A stretch of DNA of 64,000 bases from Candidatus Vogelbacteria bacterium (lineage in GTDB: Bacteria; Patescibacteriota; Minisyncoccia; Phycocordibacterales; XYD1-FULL-46-19). The position numbers and the translations under genes are program-made. Of this stretch, positions 19,108 to 27,933 are shown piece by piece; positions within the stretch are counted from its first letter, which is position 1; the number at the start of each line of letters is the position of its first letter. Where the stretch lies: assembly GCA_016188295.1 (NCBI GenBank), contig JACPIA010000009.1, positions 1,509 to 65,508 of the forward strand. The letters run 5' to 3'. A model generated the notes under the pieces. That model was not told the DNA's origin. It ran no database searches and was given only the letters and a program-made list of their open reading frames with translations.

Positions 19108-19683
19108 ATGGCTTTACAATCAAGTACCAACAAAAGCCAACTTAATACTAAAAACATTACCAATCTTCATCCAAATGTCTGGGGTGACTTTGTCAATTTA
19201 CGTGGTAGTGTCCATGCAATTTACGGCGATGTTTCGCTCCACAAAATTACCGGCGATAGTAGTGCCATCCGTGGCAACATTACCGGTATTTTCGGCGACG
19301 TGTCTAAAATCCAAGGTGATGTTAGTAATATTAAAGGTGACGTGTCGAACATTAAGGGTGATGTCAGTAATATTTCCGGCGACCTCTCTGGTGTTTTAGG
19401 TAACGTTGGTTCTATTCGCGGTTCGATCACCAATATCCGCGGTGATGTAAGTAGATTAAAAGGCAATATTAGCGACTTGGTGGGCAACGTTGATGATCTC
19501 TCAGGTGATGTTACCAACATCTCCGGTACCGTCACTAATATCAGAGGTGATGTCAGTCGTCTCGCCGGTATTGTGACCAACCTGACCGGCGACGTCTCAG
19601 GTCTGTCTGGCAATGTTTCGGGTTTAGAAGGTGATGCCACCGGCCTCTCTGGTGACATCCAATCAATTGTCAGTAAAAAATAA
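19108..19683 (+). CDS. Heptad-repeat protein, about 22 tandem 7-residue repeats with consensus GDVSNIx
   Basis: Translation: ...IRGNITGIFGDVSKIQGDVSNIKGDVSNIKGDVSNISGDLSGVLGNVGSIRGSITNIRGDVSRLKGNISDLVGNVDDLSGDVTNISGTVTNIRGDVSRLAGIVTNLTGDVSGLSGNVSGLEGDATGLSGDIQSIV. No signal peptide. Hydrophobic V/I at fixed repeat positions. Confidence 0.7.
   Translation: MALQSSTNKSQLNTKNITNLHPNVWGDFVNLRGSVHAIYGDVSLHKITGDSSAIRGNITGIFGDVSKIQGDVSNIKGDVSNIKGDVSNISGDLSGVLGNVGSIRGSITNIRGDVSRLKGNISDLVGNVDDLSGDVTNISGTVTNIRGDVSRLAGIVTNLTGDVSGLSGNVSGLEGDATGLSGDIQSIVSKK
19225..19668 (+). repeat. Tandem 21-nt coding repeats, synonymously diversified
   Basis: Example units: ggtgatgttagtaatattaaa / ggtgacgtgtcgaacattaag / ggtgatgtcagtaatatttcc. 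Protein repeats are near-identical while DNA units differ at wobble positions. Confidence 0.7.
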
Positions 19684-19693
19684 AATCAGATCG

Positions 19694-20953
19694 TCAGTGA
19701 TTATAATCCGTTAAAAAAGCTCTTTTAAACTCATTAAAATAATCGTCTAAAATAGATTGGCGGATACGAGCGACCAAATTGACCAAAAAGTAAATATTAT
19801 GGATTGAGCCTAAGGTGGCCCCCAACATCTCTTTAGCGTGAAAAAGGTAAGCTAAATAAGCTCTAGTATATTTTTGGCAAGTGTAGCATCGGCAATCGTT
19901 TTCAATCGGTCTAAAATCCTCACGATATTGTTGATTCAAAATATGGAGCCGGCCGTGATGAGTTAAAAACGTCCCCGTGCGGGCAAAGCGGGTCGGGATT
20001 ACACAGTCAAAAGTATCAGCTCCATTTTCCACTCCATCAAAAAAATCTTCCGGTTCACCGATGCCGAGCAAATGGCGTGGCTTATTTTTAGGCAAAATGG
20101 CATTGACCCATCCCACCGCGGTACCCAAATCATCTTTATTAAATGAGCCGCCAATCCCAAAACCAGCAAAATCCATACTGCTAATTATTTTTGCCGACCG
20201 CTCCCGCAAATCTTGATGACGTCCTCCTTGGACAATCCCAAATAAACCCTGTTTATTGGCCGCCTCATTATTAATCAAATGAGTATCTAAACTACGCTTA
20301 GCCCAAGCATGCGTACGCGTCAGTGCCTCTTGTTGATACTCATAACTGGCTTGAGGCGAAGTACATTCATCAAACGCAAAAATAATATCCGCCCCTAATT
20401 TGTGTTGAATAGCCATTGAGCTCTCGGGGGTCAACCGATGTTCACTACCATCTAAATGCGATCTAAACGTAACACCATCATTGTCTATTTTTGCTAATTG
20501 ACTAACTGAATCAGGTAAATTTTGATCAGTGTAAGGATCCTCTGAGATAAAGTTGTCAAAATTTACCGGTTCAGTTTTTTTAGCCACCTTACTTACTCCC
20601 CCTTTACCAAACGCCTCACCGAGCGAAAAGACTTGAAAGCCGCCTGAATCGGTCATGATTGGCCCACTCCACTGCATAAACTGATGTAGTCCTCCGGCTT
20701 TAGCTACCAAGTCAGCCCCGGGTTGTAAATACAAATGATAGGTATTAGAGAGCACTACTTGGGCACCCGTGCTTTTTACTTGCTCCGGCGTTAGCGCTTT
20801 AACTGTCGCTTTAGTACCTACCGTCACAAAGGCCGGTGTCTCGATCTCGCCGTGAGGCGTGCTGATTACTCCGACGCGACCTAAAGTATTATTTAATTCT
20901 TTAGTGATTTTAAATTTTATAGGTTGACTCATCGATAGATTAAAGAGAACCAC
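19694..20953 (-). CDS. tgt: Queuine tRNA-ribosyltransferase
   Basis: TPHGEIETPAFVTVGTKATVK, zinc site CRCYTCQKYTRAYLAYLFH. Confidence 0.9.
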   Translation of the reverse strand: MVLFNLSMSQPIKFKITKELNNTLGRVGVISTPHGEIETPAFVTVGTKATVKALTPEQVKSTGAQVVLSNTYHLYLQPGADLVAKAGGLHQFMQWSGPIMTDSGGFQVFSLGEAFGKGGVSKVAKKTEPVNFDNFISEDPYTDQNLPDSVSQLAKIDNDGVTFRSHLDGSEHRLTPESSMAIQHKLGADIIFAFDECTSPQASYEYQQEALTRTHAWAKRSLDTHLINNEAANKQGLFGIVQGGRHQDLRERSAKIISSMDFAGFGIGGSFNKDDLGTAVGWVNAILPKNKPRHLLGIGEPEDFFDGVENGADTFDCVIPTRFARTGTFLTHHGRLHILNQQYREDFRPIENDCRCYTCQKYTRAYLAYLFHAKEMLGATLGSIHNIYFLVNLVARIRQSILDDYFNEFKRAFLTDYNH

Positions 20954-21783
20954 AATAAAATGGCGATAGCGAGTGAGATTAATTTGATAGACAGATTATT
21001 AACCACCAAATATTGCCACGGACTCGTGGTTTGAGTGTCAGCTAATTCATCAGCAAAAAATTGGTGCACCACCAATTCCACCGCCTCGCGATTATCAAGC
21101 GACGTTAGTACCCCACTCTCGGATTTAGAAATAGTGCCGCGTTCTTCGGATACTACCAGAGCTAAAGCATCAGACTTTTCGGTTACGCCAGCGGCAGCGC
21201 GATGACGCGTACCAACTCTAGCAAAGTCAGCAAAATGCTCGGCCAATGGTAAATGGACACCAAAACGCTTAATTCGATTATCATCAATAATTACTGCTCC
21301 ATCGTGTCCCGGTGATGACGGATCAAAGATACTTAATAAAAGTGCGGAAGAAATCCGCCCATCCAAAGCAAAACCACCCTCCAATAAAGAGTCGAGTGGA
21401 TAGTCGCGAGGGAAGACAATAATTGCTCCCCGCTTACCACTAGCTAACACCATCACCGCCTCGACAATCATATTGGCGGCATTACGTGAAAGGAGACGAG
21501 TACGCTCCCGAGCCAAGTTACGACCCTTAACCGTAAACCATTCGAGGAAGCGTCTAATCTCTCGTTGAAAGACCACTACAAAAATAATTAAAAAGAAGGT
21601 CACTAACGGTTGAAAAATCTTTTCAGTCAAACCTAGATCCAGAGTTTTAGCCACTAAATTAATCAAGACTAAAGAAACCAAAGCGGTCAACATAAAATAA
21701 GACCGGGTTTGACGGATAAAAATCAAGGCCAAATAAATAATCGAGGTCACAATTAAAATATCAAAAATCGCTCGGATAATCAT
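20929..21783 (-). CDS. cdaA: Diadenylate cyclase (c-di-AMP synthase) CdaA/DacA
   Basis: Three N-terminal TM helices. DAC domain motifs GAIIV, DGAVIIDD, GTRHRAAAG. Confidence 0.85.
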   Translation of the reverse strand: MIIRAIFDILIVTSIIYLALIFIRQTRSYFMLTALVSLVLINLVAKTLDLGLTEKIFQPLVTFFLIIFVVVFQREIRRFLEWFTVKGRNLARERTRLLSRNAANMIVEAVMVLASGKRGAIIVFPRDYPLDSLLEGGFALDGRISSALLLSIFDPSSPGHDGAVIIDDNRIKRFGVHLPLAEHFADFARVGTRHRAAAGVTEKSDALALVVSEERGTISKSESGVLTSLDNREAVELVVHQFFADELADTQTTSPWQYLVVNNLSIKLISLAIAILLWFSLIYR

Positions 21784-21793
21784 ATTTTTAAAA

Positions 21794-22054
21794 CTAAGCG
21801 GCCCAAGCTTTTAGTTCATCATAACCAACCGAACCACACAACCACTTATTAGTGTGAGTATTGATAAAAAAAGGCACCCCGCCACACTTATCACCATCAT
21901 CATAAGTAGTCAATAATTTAGCATTAGTCTCATTATGCCAAGTTTCTATACGATCAATCTTTACCCCAACCTCGACTTCCAAACGATCTAGGAGCGAGAT
22001 CATGACGTGACAATGGGGACACTCCGTACCATAAAACATTAATAAGTGAGACAT
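21794..22054 (-). CDS. Small thioredoxin-fold redox protein (CPHC motif)
   Basis: MFYGTECPHCHVM..., 86 aa, glutaredoxin/thioredoxin-like. Confidence 0.55.
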   Translation of the reverse strand: MSHLLMFYGTECPHCHVMISLLDRLEVEVGVKIDRIETWHNETNAKLLTTYDDGDKCGGVPFFINTHTNKWLCGSVGYDELKAWAA

Positions 22055-22066
22055 AGTTTTGCTACT

Positions 22067-22903
22067 CTACCACGTTACTTGAGGAAAGTCACTAGTAAGC
22101 TCGGTGGAGTAGTAAAACTCATAAGCTAGCCGGCCAAAAGTGTATCCCTCCCCACCTACTTTAATCAAAGCGCCCCCCACGGCCGGATTAGCCTTAGGTT
22201 GGGAATTAGCAAAGCCAATATTAAATAAAGTGCTCATAATCTCTGGTCGATTATGGATATGATAACCAGCTCGCTCCCATTCGGCTCTAATCTCGCGGAT
22301 AAACAAAGCAACATATAAATACGTGTAGTAATGATCATGTTGATCGGTCAAGCGTTCAAAACGCAAGGTGTCTACATTGCCATCACCAAAATCAAGCAAG
22401 TGTTCGTAACTAGTCCCGGGATAACGTAACGACTCTCGATCAATTAAATTAGCTTCGATCTCGCGGGCCGTATCCTCTTTTAGACCAGCTACCCCCCAAG
22501 AAAACTTGGTTTGGACTCCAAACAGAGCCAGTGGTTCAAAAATTTGCTTGTATATTTCTCGTTCCGAGGTAAAAAGACGTAATTGTTCCGGTACGATTGG
22601 CGCCACAATTAAGCGCGCCGGCACACCGGTCTCTTGACTGACCCGCTGGATCACGGCGACATCACGCTTAAGTGCCCCTTGTAAAGTTTGCCACTCTGGC
22701 GATTCCCGCCAAGCTAATTTAGCATCGGGACCAAAAGTAGTGAGTGCCCAAATATGATTCGGGTCCAAGGCCCCCGAGACATTGGTCCAGCCAAAATAAT
22801 TAGCGACTAAAACTGACCCGCTTACTAAAATCGCCAAGCCAATAACTAGCCCAATACCTAAAAATATTTTAGACCACAATGATTTAAGGACAACAAGTTG
22901 CAT
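22067..22903 (-). CDS. Membrane-anchored hypothetical protein
   Basis: N-terminal TM (IFLGIGLVIGLAILVSGSVLVA), then a 250-aa extracytoplasmic domain with no motif I recognise. Confidence 0.45.
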   Translation of the reverse strand: MQLVVLKSLWSKIFLGIGLVIGLAILVSGSVLVANYFGWTNVSGALDPNHIWALTTFGPDAKLAWRESPEWQTLQGALKRDVAVIQRVSQETGVPARLIVAPIVPEQLRLFTSEREIYKQIFEPLALFGVQTKFSWGVAGLKEDTAREIEANLIDRESLRYPGTSYEHLLDFGDGNVDTLRFERLTDQHDHYYTYLYVALFIREIRAEWERAGYHIHNRPEIMSTLFNIGFANSQPKANPAVGGALIKVGGEGYTFGRLAYEFYYSTELTSDFPQVTW

Positions 22904-22935
22904 TTAGTTTTAGACAGAATATCATAAATGTACAT

Positions 22936-23106
22936 GATGATCGAACAACCACAATCAATCGAGCACAGAAGTGTTGCTTCAGATATTGCATTGTTAGAAG
23001 AAATGAAAGCAAAATGTCCTGATCCACATAAAAAATTAACCACTATACTTTGTGAAGAGATTTTAAGACATCATGTGTTAGTCGACAACATGGAAGAAAA
23101 GCATTA
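22936..23106 (+). CDS. Candidate small ORF (56 aa)
   Basis: Own translation: MMIEQPQSIEHRSVASDIALLEEMKAKCPDPHKKLTTILCEEILRHHVLVDNMEEKH. Stop 1 nt before the next ORF's ATG. AT-rich. Confidence 0.2.
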
Positions 23107-23107
23107 A

Positions 23108-23407
23108 ATGACTGTTATTGATAATGACCAAGTAAGAGAGCAGATTGTGCGTGGCTTAGATTTAGCCGCTTATTCGGTATCCGAACAGAATCAGATTATT
23201 GAGCTCCTGCGCGAAGCCATCTCCTCTCGCGTCAATGTGGCTATTTTTGAGCAATTGACCACCGAAGAACAGCGCGATTTACTTGAATTAGCCGATCAAC
23301 ATAATAGTCAAAACGTGATTGAGTATGTTAACAATAAAATCCCCGACTTTGAACAGTTAATTAACCGTGTCGCCTCTACTACGATCGCCGAATTCCGTAA
23401 TCGCTAA
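23108..23407 (+). CDS. Small acidic hypothetical protein
   Basis: 99-aa ORF, E/D/Q-rich, helical. Confidence 0.4.
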   Translation: MTVIDNDQVREQIVRGLDLAAYSVSEQNQIIELLREAISSRVNVAIFEQLTTEEQRDLLELADQHNSQNVIEYVNNKIPDFEQLINRVASTTIAEFRNR

Positions 23408-23408
23408 G

Positions 23409-23843
23409 TTATTTAAATAATATTGGTATTTCCACCGCCGCATCGTTTTGCGACAAACCGGAGGGATTATCTCGCTGTAAAATCAAAGTTCCATGAGGAT
23501 TGCCATTATTGGGTTTAGTAAAATTTAACGCCGCTTGGAATGGTACAAACTCCTCCGTCATCCACTCACTTTGAGCTTGGGCCACTCCTTGAGCGATAAT
23601 CAAACCGTCCCAATCGGTGAGCACGACCGGGAAAGAAGCTTCAAAAAACCAAGTGCCGCGCGCCTCACCAGTAATTGACAACGGTGAACTGATTGAATCA
23701 CCAGCCCTAGGAGTAGTAACCCTAATTCTAGAGTCAGTAGTAGCTTGGAGTAAGTCATCAGATTGACTCTTGAACCAAAAAGCACCACCACCCAACATAA
23801 TCATTAGAATTAAGAATCCAATTATAATAATTGATCGTCTCAT
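23409..23843 (-). CDS. Gmad2 (GerM-associated immunoglobulin-like) domain protein, membrane-anchored
   Basis: N-terminal TM, then PLSITGEARGTWFFEASFPVVLTDWDGLIIAQGVAQAQSEWMTEEFVPFQAALNF, matching the Gmad2 signature. Confidence 0.5.
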   Translation of the reverse strand: MRRSIIIIGFLILMIMLGGGAFWFKSQSDDLLQATTDSRIRVTTPRAGDSISSPLSITGEARGTWFFEASFPVVLTDWDGLIIAQGVAQAQSEWMTEEFVPFQAALNFTKPNNGNPHGTLILQRDNPSGLSQNDAAVEIPILFK

Positions 23844-24703
23844 TGGAAATAATCGATCAATGCTTTAACCCCCGCTAAGTTTTGCGACCATTCAATCGTC
23901 TCGTGGTTTTTGAGTTCGACCGTAATAGCGGGGATATTGATTGAGGCTAACCAGCCCTCGGCATCACCGGTAATCGGATAAGCGTCAAAAGATTGTATCG
24001 CCGGGTAACCGGACGCCGTGGCGTAGACAGTCATAATATCAAGAGTCACTGGCAAAATCCCATTTTGACACTCCGAAGCATAAACGGCGTTGGCTTGGCT
24101 ATGCCAAAACACTACTGCTTGCGGTCTATTAGCAAGCACGAAATCACGCAAAGCCATCGCTTCAGGCTCCGAAAAAGCGGCCGTACCAGCACTCACCGGC
24201 CTAGCTTGCCAAGTACTTCGAGCTTGCCATTTGCAATCAAAATTGCGGTTAAGATCCACTTGGTGGGCATTAAATCGGCTAGTAGCTAAAACCGTTTTAC
24301 TAGTTGTCGCTTGGTTCGCCTCAAATAATCCTTCTTGACCCACCACTTTGTACATCCCGTCCGGATTAAGATTAGGGATCACGGTTACGGTTATATTTTT
24401 AGGTACCGACTCGGGATGAGCTTTAAAGTAATCAACAAAAGTGTAAGCCAACAGCACGCTATTCCACTCATAGCCACCATGGATACCGCCAATAAACACT
24501 AATTCAGTCGGGCCGGTACCAAAGTGATAGGCCATAATATTGCGCCCTTCTACGGATTGACCGATAATTTGATACTCAATGGTTGGCTCCGTTACCACCG
24601 GCGGTGAAGCTAATTGACTTCGCTTGTAGACGTAAACTCCCAATCCAATTAGCACTAGTAGTAAAACCGCCCCGACTACTTGTTTACTAAACAACCAAGA
24701 CAT
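23840..24703 (-). CDS. M14-family zinc carboxypeptidase (MpaA/gamma-D-Glu-DAP peptidase-like), membrane-anchored
   Basis: IGQSVEGRNIMAYHFG...GGIHGGYEWN...VIPNLNPDG...DLNRNFDC. Paralog of the next gene. Confidence 0.7.
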   Translation of the reverse strand: MSWLFSKQVVGAVLLLVLIGLGVYVYKRSQLASPPVVTEPTIEYQIIGQSVEGRNIMAYHFGTGPTELVFIGGIHGGYEWNSVLLAYTFVDYFKAHPESVPKNITVTVIPNLNPDGMYKVVGQEGLFEANQATTSKTVLATSRFNAHQVDLNRNFDCKWQARSTWQARPVSAGTAAFSEPEAMALRDFVLANRPQAVVFWHSQANAVYASECQNGILPVTLDIMTVYATASGYPAIQSFDAYPITGDAEGWLASINIPAITVELKNHETIEWSQNLAGVKALIDYFQ

Positions 24704-25587
24704 TATTTAGTATAGTATTTAAGGATCGCTTGAACCCCGGCTTGATTTTTATTCCACTCGGTAGAGGTGTGATTAGTGAGAAGGACACTAATAGCTGGTA
24801 TTTCTTTTTTAGCTAACCAATTAACCAGATCACCAGTAATAGCGTAAAAATCAAAACGCTCATGAGCCGGATAACCTGAAGCCTTGGCATAAGTATTAGT
24901 TAAAATTAAAGTCTCAGGTAAGATGCCATCGTGACAATTAGAGGCAAAGACACCCCCGGCCGAACTGTACCACACTACCACTGCTTTAGGATTTTGATTC
25001 TCAACATAATTTTTGATCGCCAAACTCTCCGGCTCGGAAAAGACAGTACTCCCCGCTTTGACCGGTGTATTTTGCCATACACCGGTGGCTTGCCAATCAC
25101 AATCAAAATTACGATTTAAATCTATTTTATTAGCATTAAAACGACCAGCCACTTGAGCAGTTGATGAAGAAATGACGTCAGCAACCGCAAATTTAGCGGT
25201 CGTGGTACTAATCACTTTAATTAAACCGTCAGGATTTAACACCGGTATCACTGTTACGGTTATATTAGCGGGCACCGCATCAGAATTAGTTTTTAAGTAA
25301 TCCATTAATTCGTAAGCCACTAATGAGGTGTTCCACTCATAGCCACCATGGATACCGCCAATAAACACTAATTCAGTCGGGCCGGTACCAAAGTGATAGG
25401 CCATAATATTGCGCCCTTCCACTGACTGACCAATAATGGTTTTAGTTTTATCTTCTATTACTGGAGTGGTGGTGGCGGTGATTATTGGTGGCAGAGTAGT
25501 AATTACTGTTTCCTGACTGGACCAGAACCAGTAAGCTCCGCCAGCAATGACTAAAATAATAATAATAAAAATTAGGGCGTTTTTCAT
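24703..25587 (-). CDS. M14-family zinc carboxypeptidase, tandem paralog
   Basis: Same motifs. Shares an 89-nt identical DNA tract with the downstream paralog (24462-24550 = 25331-25419). Confidence 0.7.
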   Translation of the reverse strand: MKNALIFIIIILVIAGGAYWFWSSQETVITTLPPIITATTTPVIEDKTKTIIGQSVEGRNIMAYHFGTGPTELVFIGGIHGGYEWNTSLVAYELMDYLKTNSDAVPANITVTVIPVLNPDGLIKVISTTTAKFAVADVISSSTAQVAGRFNANKIDLNRNFDCDWQATGVWQNTPVKAGSTVFSEPESLAIKNYVENQNPKAVVVWYSSAGGVFASNCHDGILPETLILTNTYAKASGYPAHERFDFYAITGDLVNWLAKKEIPAISVLLTNHTSTEWNKNQAGVQAILKYYTK

Positions 25588-25661
25588 ATATAACCATTAT
25601 AAACCGCTTTGGTCTAAAAACCAGCCCGACTCTACTGATTGTATGCTATAATCACTGATAA

Positions 25662-26537
25662 ATGACTGGTTTGGGGGTGATAATTGGTGGAGGTGAGATT
25701 GGACAAGCGGTGGCCAATTTATGCCAACCGAGTAAGTTGGTGGGTATTTGGGATAACGAGCCTAGTCGCTCCACCCTTGCTTCACCAACTGATTTGAGCC
25801 AAGCGGACGTGGTGTTTATCTCTGTGCCAAGTCAATTTATCCGCCAAGCCCTGATGGAGAACACTCCTCACCTTAAACCAAGCGCCACCATTGTGGCTTT
25901 AACCAAGGGATTAGAAGAAGAGAGTAATAAATTAATCCCCGAGATTTTAGTTGAATTGCTCCCCACTCACAATTGGGCTTTGCTCTCCGGCCCGATGATC
26001 GCCGAGGAGATTTTGGCGGGTAAACCAACCCAAGCCGTTATTGCTACCGAGCAAGTGGCGACTAATGAGCTAATCAAAACTATTTTAGACGAGACTAAAA
26101 TCGTGACCCGCTATACCAGCGAGGTTAAAGCAGTGGCCCTACTGGCTGCCCTCAAAAATATTTATGCCATCGGTTCAGGTATTTTAAGTAGTTTAAACAT
26201 GGGCCAAAATATACAAGCTACTTTTATAACTAAAGCTCTCGCTGAAATGGTAGCAATACTTAAAATCGAGCAAGCCGCCAGTCCTCTCGTTTACGATTTA
26301 CCGGGTTTGGGCGATTTACTGGCCACCAGTTTAAGTGCCGACTCGCTTAATTGCCAAGTGGGTCAAGCTCTCGTCCGTGGCGAGATACCAATCATCTCCG
26401 AGGGTGTCCATGCAATAAGGTGTTTAAACACGCGTCTGGCCGGCCAACTGACTAACTTCCCTCTCTTTACCACACTGTATGATATTATCGAAAACAAAGC
26501 GAAACCCAATTTATTAATTAGAGCGATTTATGGCTAA
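25662..26537 (+). CDS. gpsA: NAD(P)H-dependent glycerol-3-phosphate dehydrogenase-like
   Basis: N-terminal GxGxxG-like stretch IIGGGEIGQAVA. WALLSGPMIAEEI (GpsA GPSFAxEV region). KNIYAIGSGI. Confidence 0.6.
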   Translation: MTGLGVIIGGGEIGQAVANLCQPSKLVGIWDNEPSRSTLASPTDLSQADVVFISVPSQFIRQALMENTPHLKPSATIVALTKGLEEESNKLIPEILVELLPTHNWALLSGPMIAEEILAGKPTQAVIATEQVATNELIKTILDETKIVTRYTSEVKAVALLAALKNIYAIGSGILSSLNMGQNIQATFITKALAEMVAILKIEQAASPLVYDLPGLGDLLATSLSADSLNCQVGQALVRGEIPIISEGVHAIRCLNTRLAGQLTNFPLFTTLYDIIENKAKPNLLIRAIYG

Positions 26538-27687
26538 AGATCTGGCTTTAGTGCTTGATGTGGGCACCACCAGTATTAAAGCGTTAGTATTCGACCCTGA
26601 ACGACAAGTAGTGGCCAAGAGTTATCGGACAATCAGTAAACACATTTCCCTAGGCGGTGGGATAGTGGAGCAGGACCCTAAAGAAATTTTAAACACCGCA
26701 CAAACAGTATTACGCGAGACGGTACGCGATACCGGCCTCTCAATTGATAATTATCTAGGTCTTGGCCTTACTAACCAGCGTGAGACGACAGTGGTGTGGG
26801 ACGGACACACCGGCAAACCGGTATATCCGGCAATTGTCTGGGAGGACCGTCGCACCAAAAGCCGGTGTGAGACATTAGCTAAAACTCACGGCCAATTGGT
26901 ACGCGAGCACACCGGCTTGCCGATTGACAGCTATTTTTCGGCTTCCAAAATTAATTGGATTTTAAATCATATCCGCACCGACAATACTAATTGGCTAGCG
27001 GGCACGGTAGACACTTGGCTAATGTGGAATCTGCTCGATAGTCAACCACATCTCACCGATTTTACTAATGCTTCACGCACCCTCCTGTTTAATATTAAAA
27101 CTAAAACTTGGGATGAGATTTTACTAGAGCTATGGCAAGTGCCAGCGCGTTTACTACCTAAAGTCCAACACTCACTTTCTCTCTTTGGTCATTTGCGCCC
27201 GGAAGTGTTGGGCAGTACTTTGCCGGTAGTGGCGGTATGTGGCGATCAGCAAGCCAGTATGTACGCCGCTAAACAAGCCGGCGCTAGTACTAAAGTTACT
27301 TATGGCACTGGCACCTTTGTGATGGCCGAACTTGGCGAAGAGTTTAAATTACAAGACGGCTTTTTTACCACTCTCACACCAACTAAAACTGGATTTATCT
27401 ACGCCCATGAGGCTAAAATAGGCGCTTATGCTCAACGCATCGATGAGCTCTTGATCCGAGGTAAATCTCTGGATCAAGTCGTACGCGAGATGACCCAGGC
27501 CACTGGCCAGAAACTGGAACAACTTTCACCTACTCCTAATAAAATCATCTTAGATGGCGGTATTACCCAAGCTCTAACACTCCTTTCGGCTCAACAAGCC
27601 GCCAATCCTAATATCCAATTTGTGCTTCAGCAACCTTTTGATGGTACTGCTTTGGGTATTGCTGAAATGATTTTTAATCAGAAATAG
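26530..27687 (+). CDS. glpK: FGGY-family kinase, glycerol kinase-like (C-terminally short)
   Basis: LVLDVGTTSIKALVFD...QDPKEI...GLTNQRETTVVWD...PAIVWEDRRT. 385 aa, against about 500 aa for canonical GlpK. Confidence 0.65.
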   Translation: MAKDLALVLDVGTTSIKALVFDPERQVVAKSYRTISKHISLGGGIVEQDPKEILNTAQTVLRETVRDTGLSIDNYLGLGLTNQRETTVVWDGHTGKPVYPAIVWEDRRTKSRCETLAKTHGQLVREHTGLPIDSYFSASKINWILNHIRTDNTNWLAGTVDTWLMWNLLDSQPHLTDFTNASRTLLFNIKTKTWDEILLELWQVPARLLPKVQHSLSLFGHLRPEVLGSTLPVVAVCGDQQASMYAAKQAGASTKVTYGTGTFVMAELGEEFKLQDGFFTTLTPTKTGFIYAHEAKIGAYAQRIDELLIRGKSLDQVVREMTQATGQKLEQLSPTPNKIILDGGITQALTLLSAQQAANPNIQFVLQQPFDGTALGIAEMIFNQK

Positions 27688-27768
27688 AGGGGCTTTTCTT
27701 AATCAGCTAATTGTTTTAAGATAAAGTCAGAATAGACTTTTCAAATATAAGCAAAAGGAGGTGAAGAC

Positions 27769-27933
27769 ATGTCCCGCCCCAGCCCTAGACCCACAGTCTT
27801 AGGAAGAACCGATTCGGCAAGTTGGAGCAGAGAGGCTCGTCGCAAAATGTTAGAAGCGATTGAAGCTGGACAACGCGATCCTGGTAGGCGAGTCGGTCCG
27901 AGCAAACCGTTCTGGCTTAAAAGGAGAGGTTAG
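27769..27933 (+). CDS. Candidate small basic protein (54 aa)
   Basis: Near-perfect SD AAGGAGGTG 6 nt before the ATG. Own translation: MSRPSPRPTVLGRTDSASWSREARRKMLEAIEAGQRDPGRRVGPSKPFWLKRRG. Followed by a perfect 12-bp hairpin (27951-27982). Too short for the supplied ORF track. Confidence 0.3.
   Translation: MSRPSPRPTVLGRTDSASWSREARRKMLEAIEAGQRDPGRRVGPSKPFWLKRRG

Noticed and set aside
19175-19658. ORFs 19175..19399 (+) and 19221..19658 (-), overlapping the heptad-repeat gene
   Set aside because: These are alternative-frame and antisense readings of the 21-nt tandem repeats (they translate to PE(R/T)SP-type low-complexity strings). The sense frame gives a clean regular protein with a promoter-like element at its ATG.
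19225-19668. Possible CRISPR array suggested by the regular 21-nt periodicity
   Set aside because: The units are contiguous with no spacers, are only about 70-80% identical at the DNA level, and lie in one long ORF. This is a coding tandem repeat, not repeat-spacer architecture. No cas genes are present.
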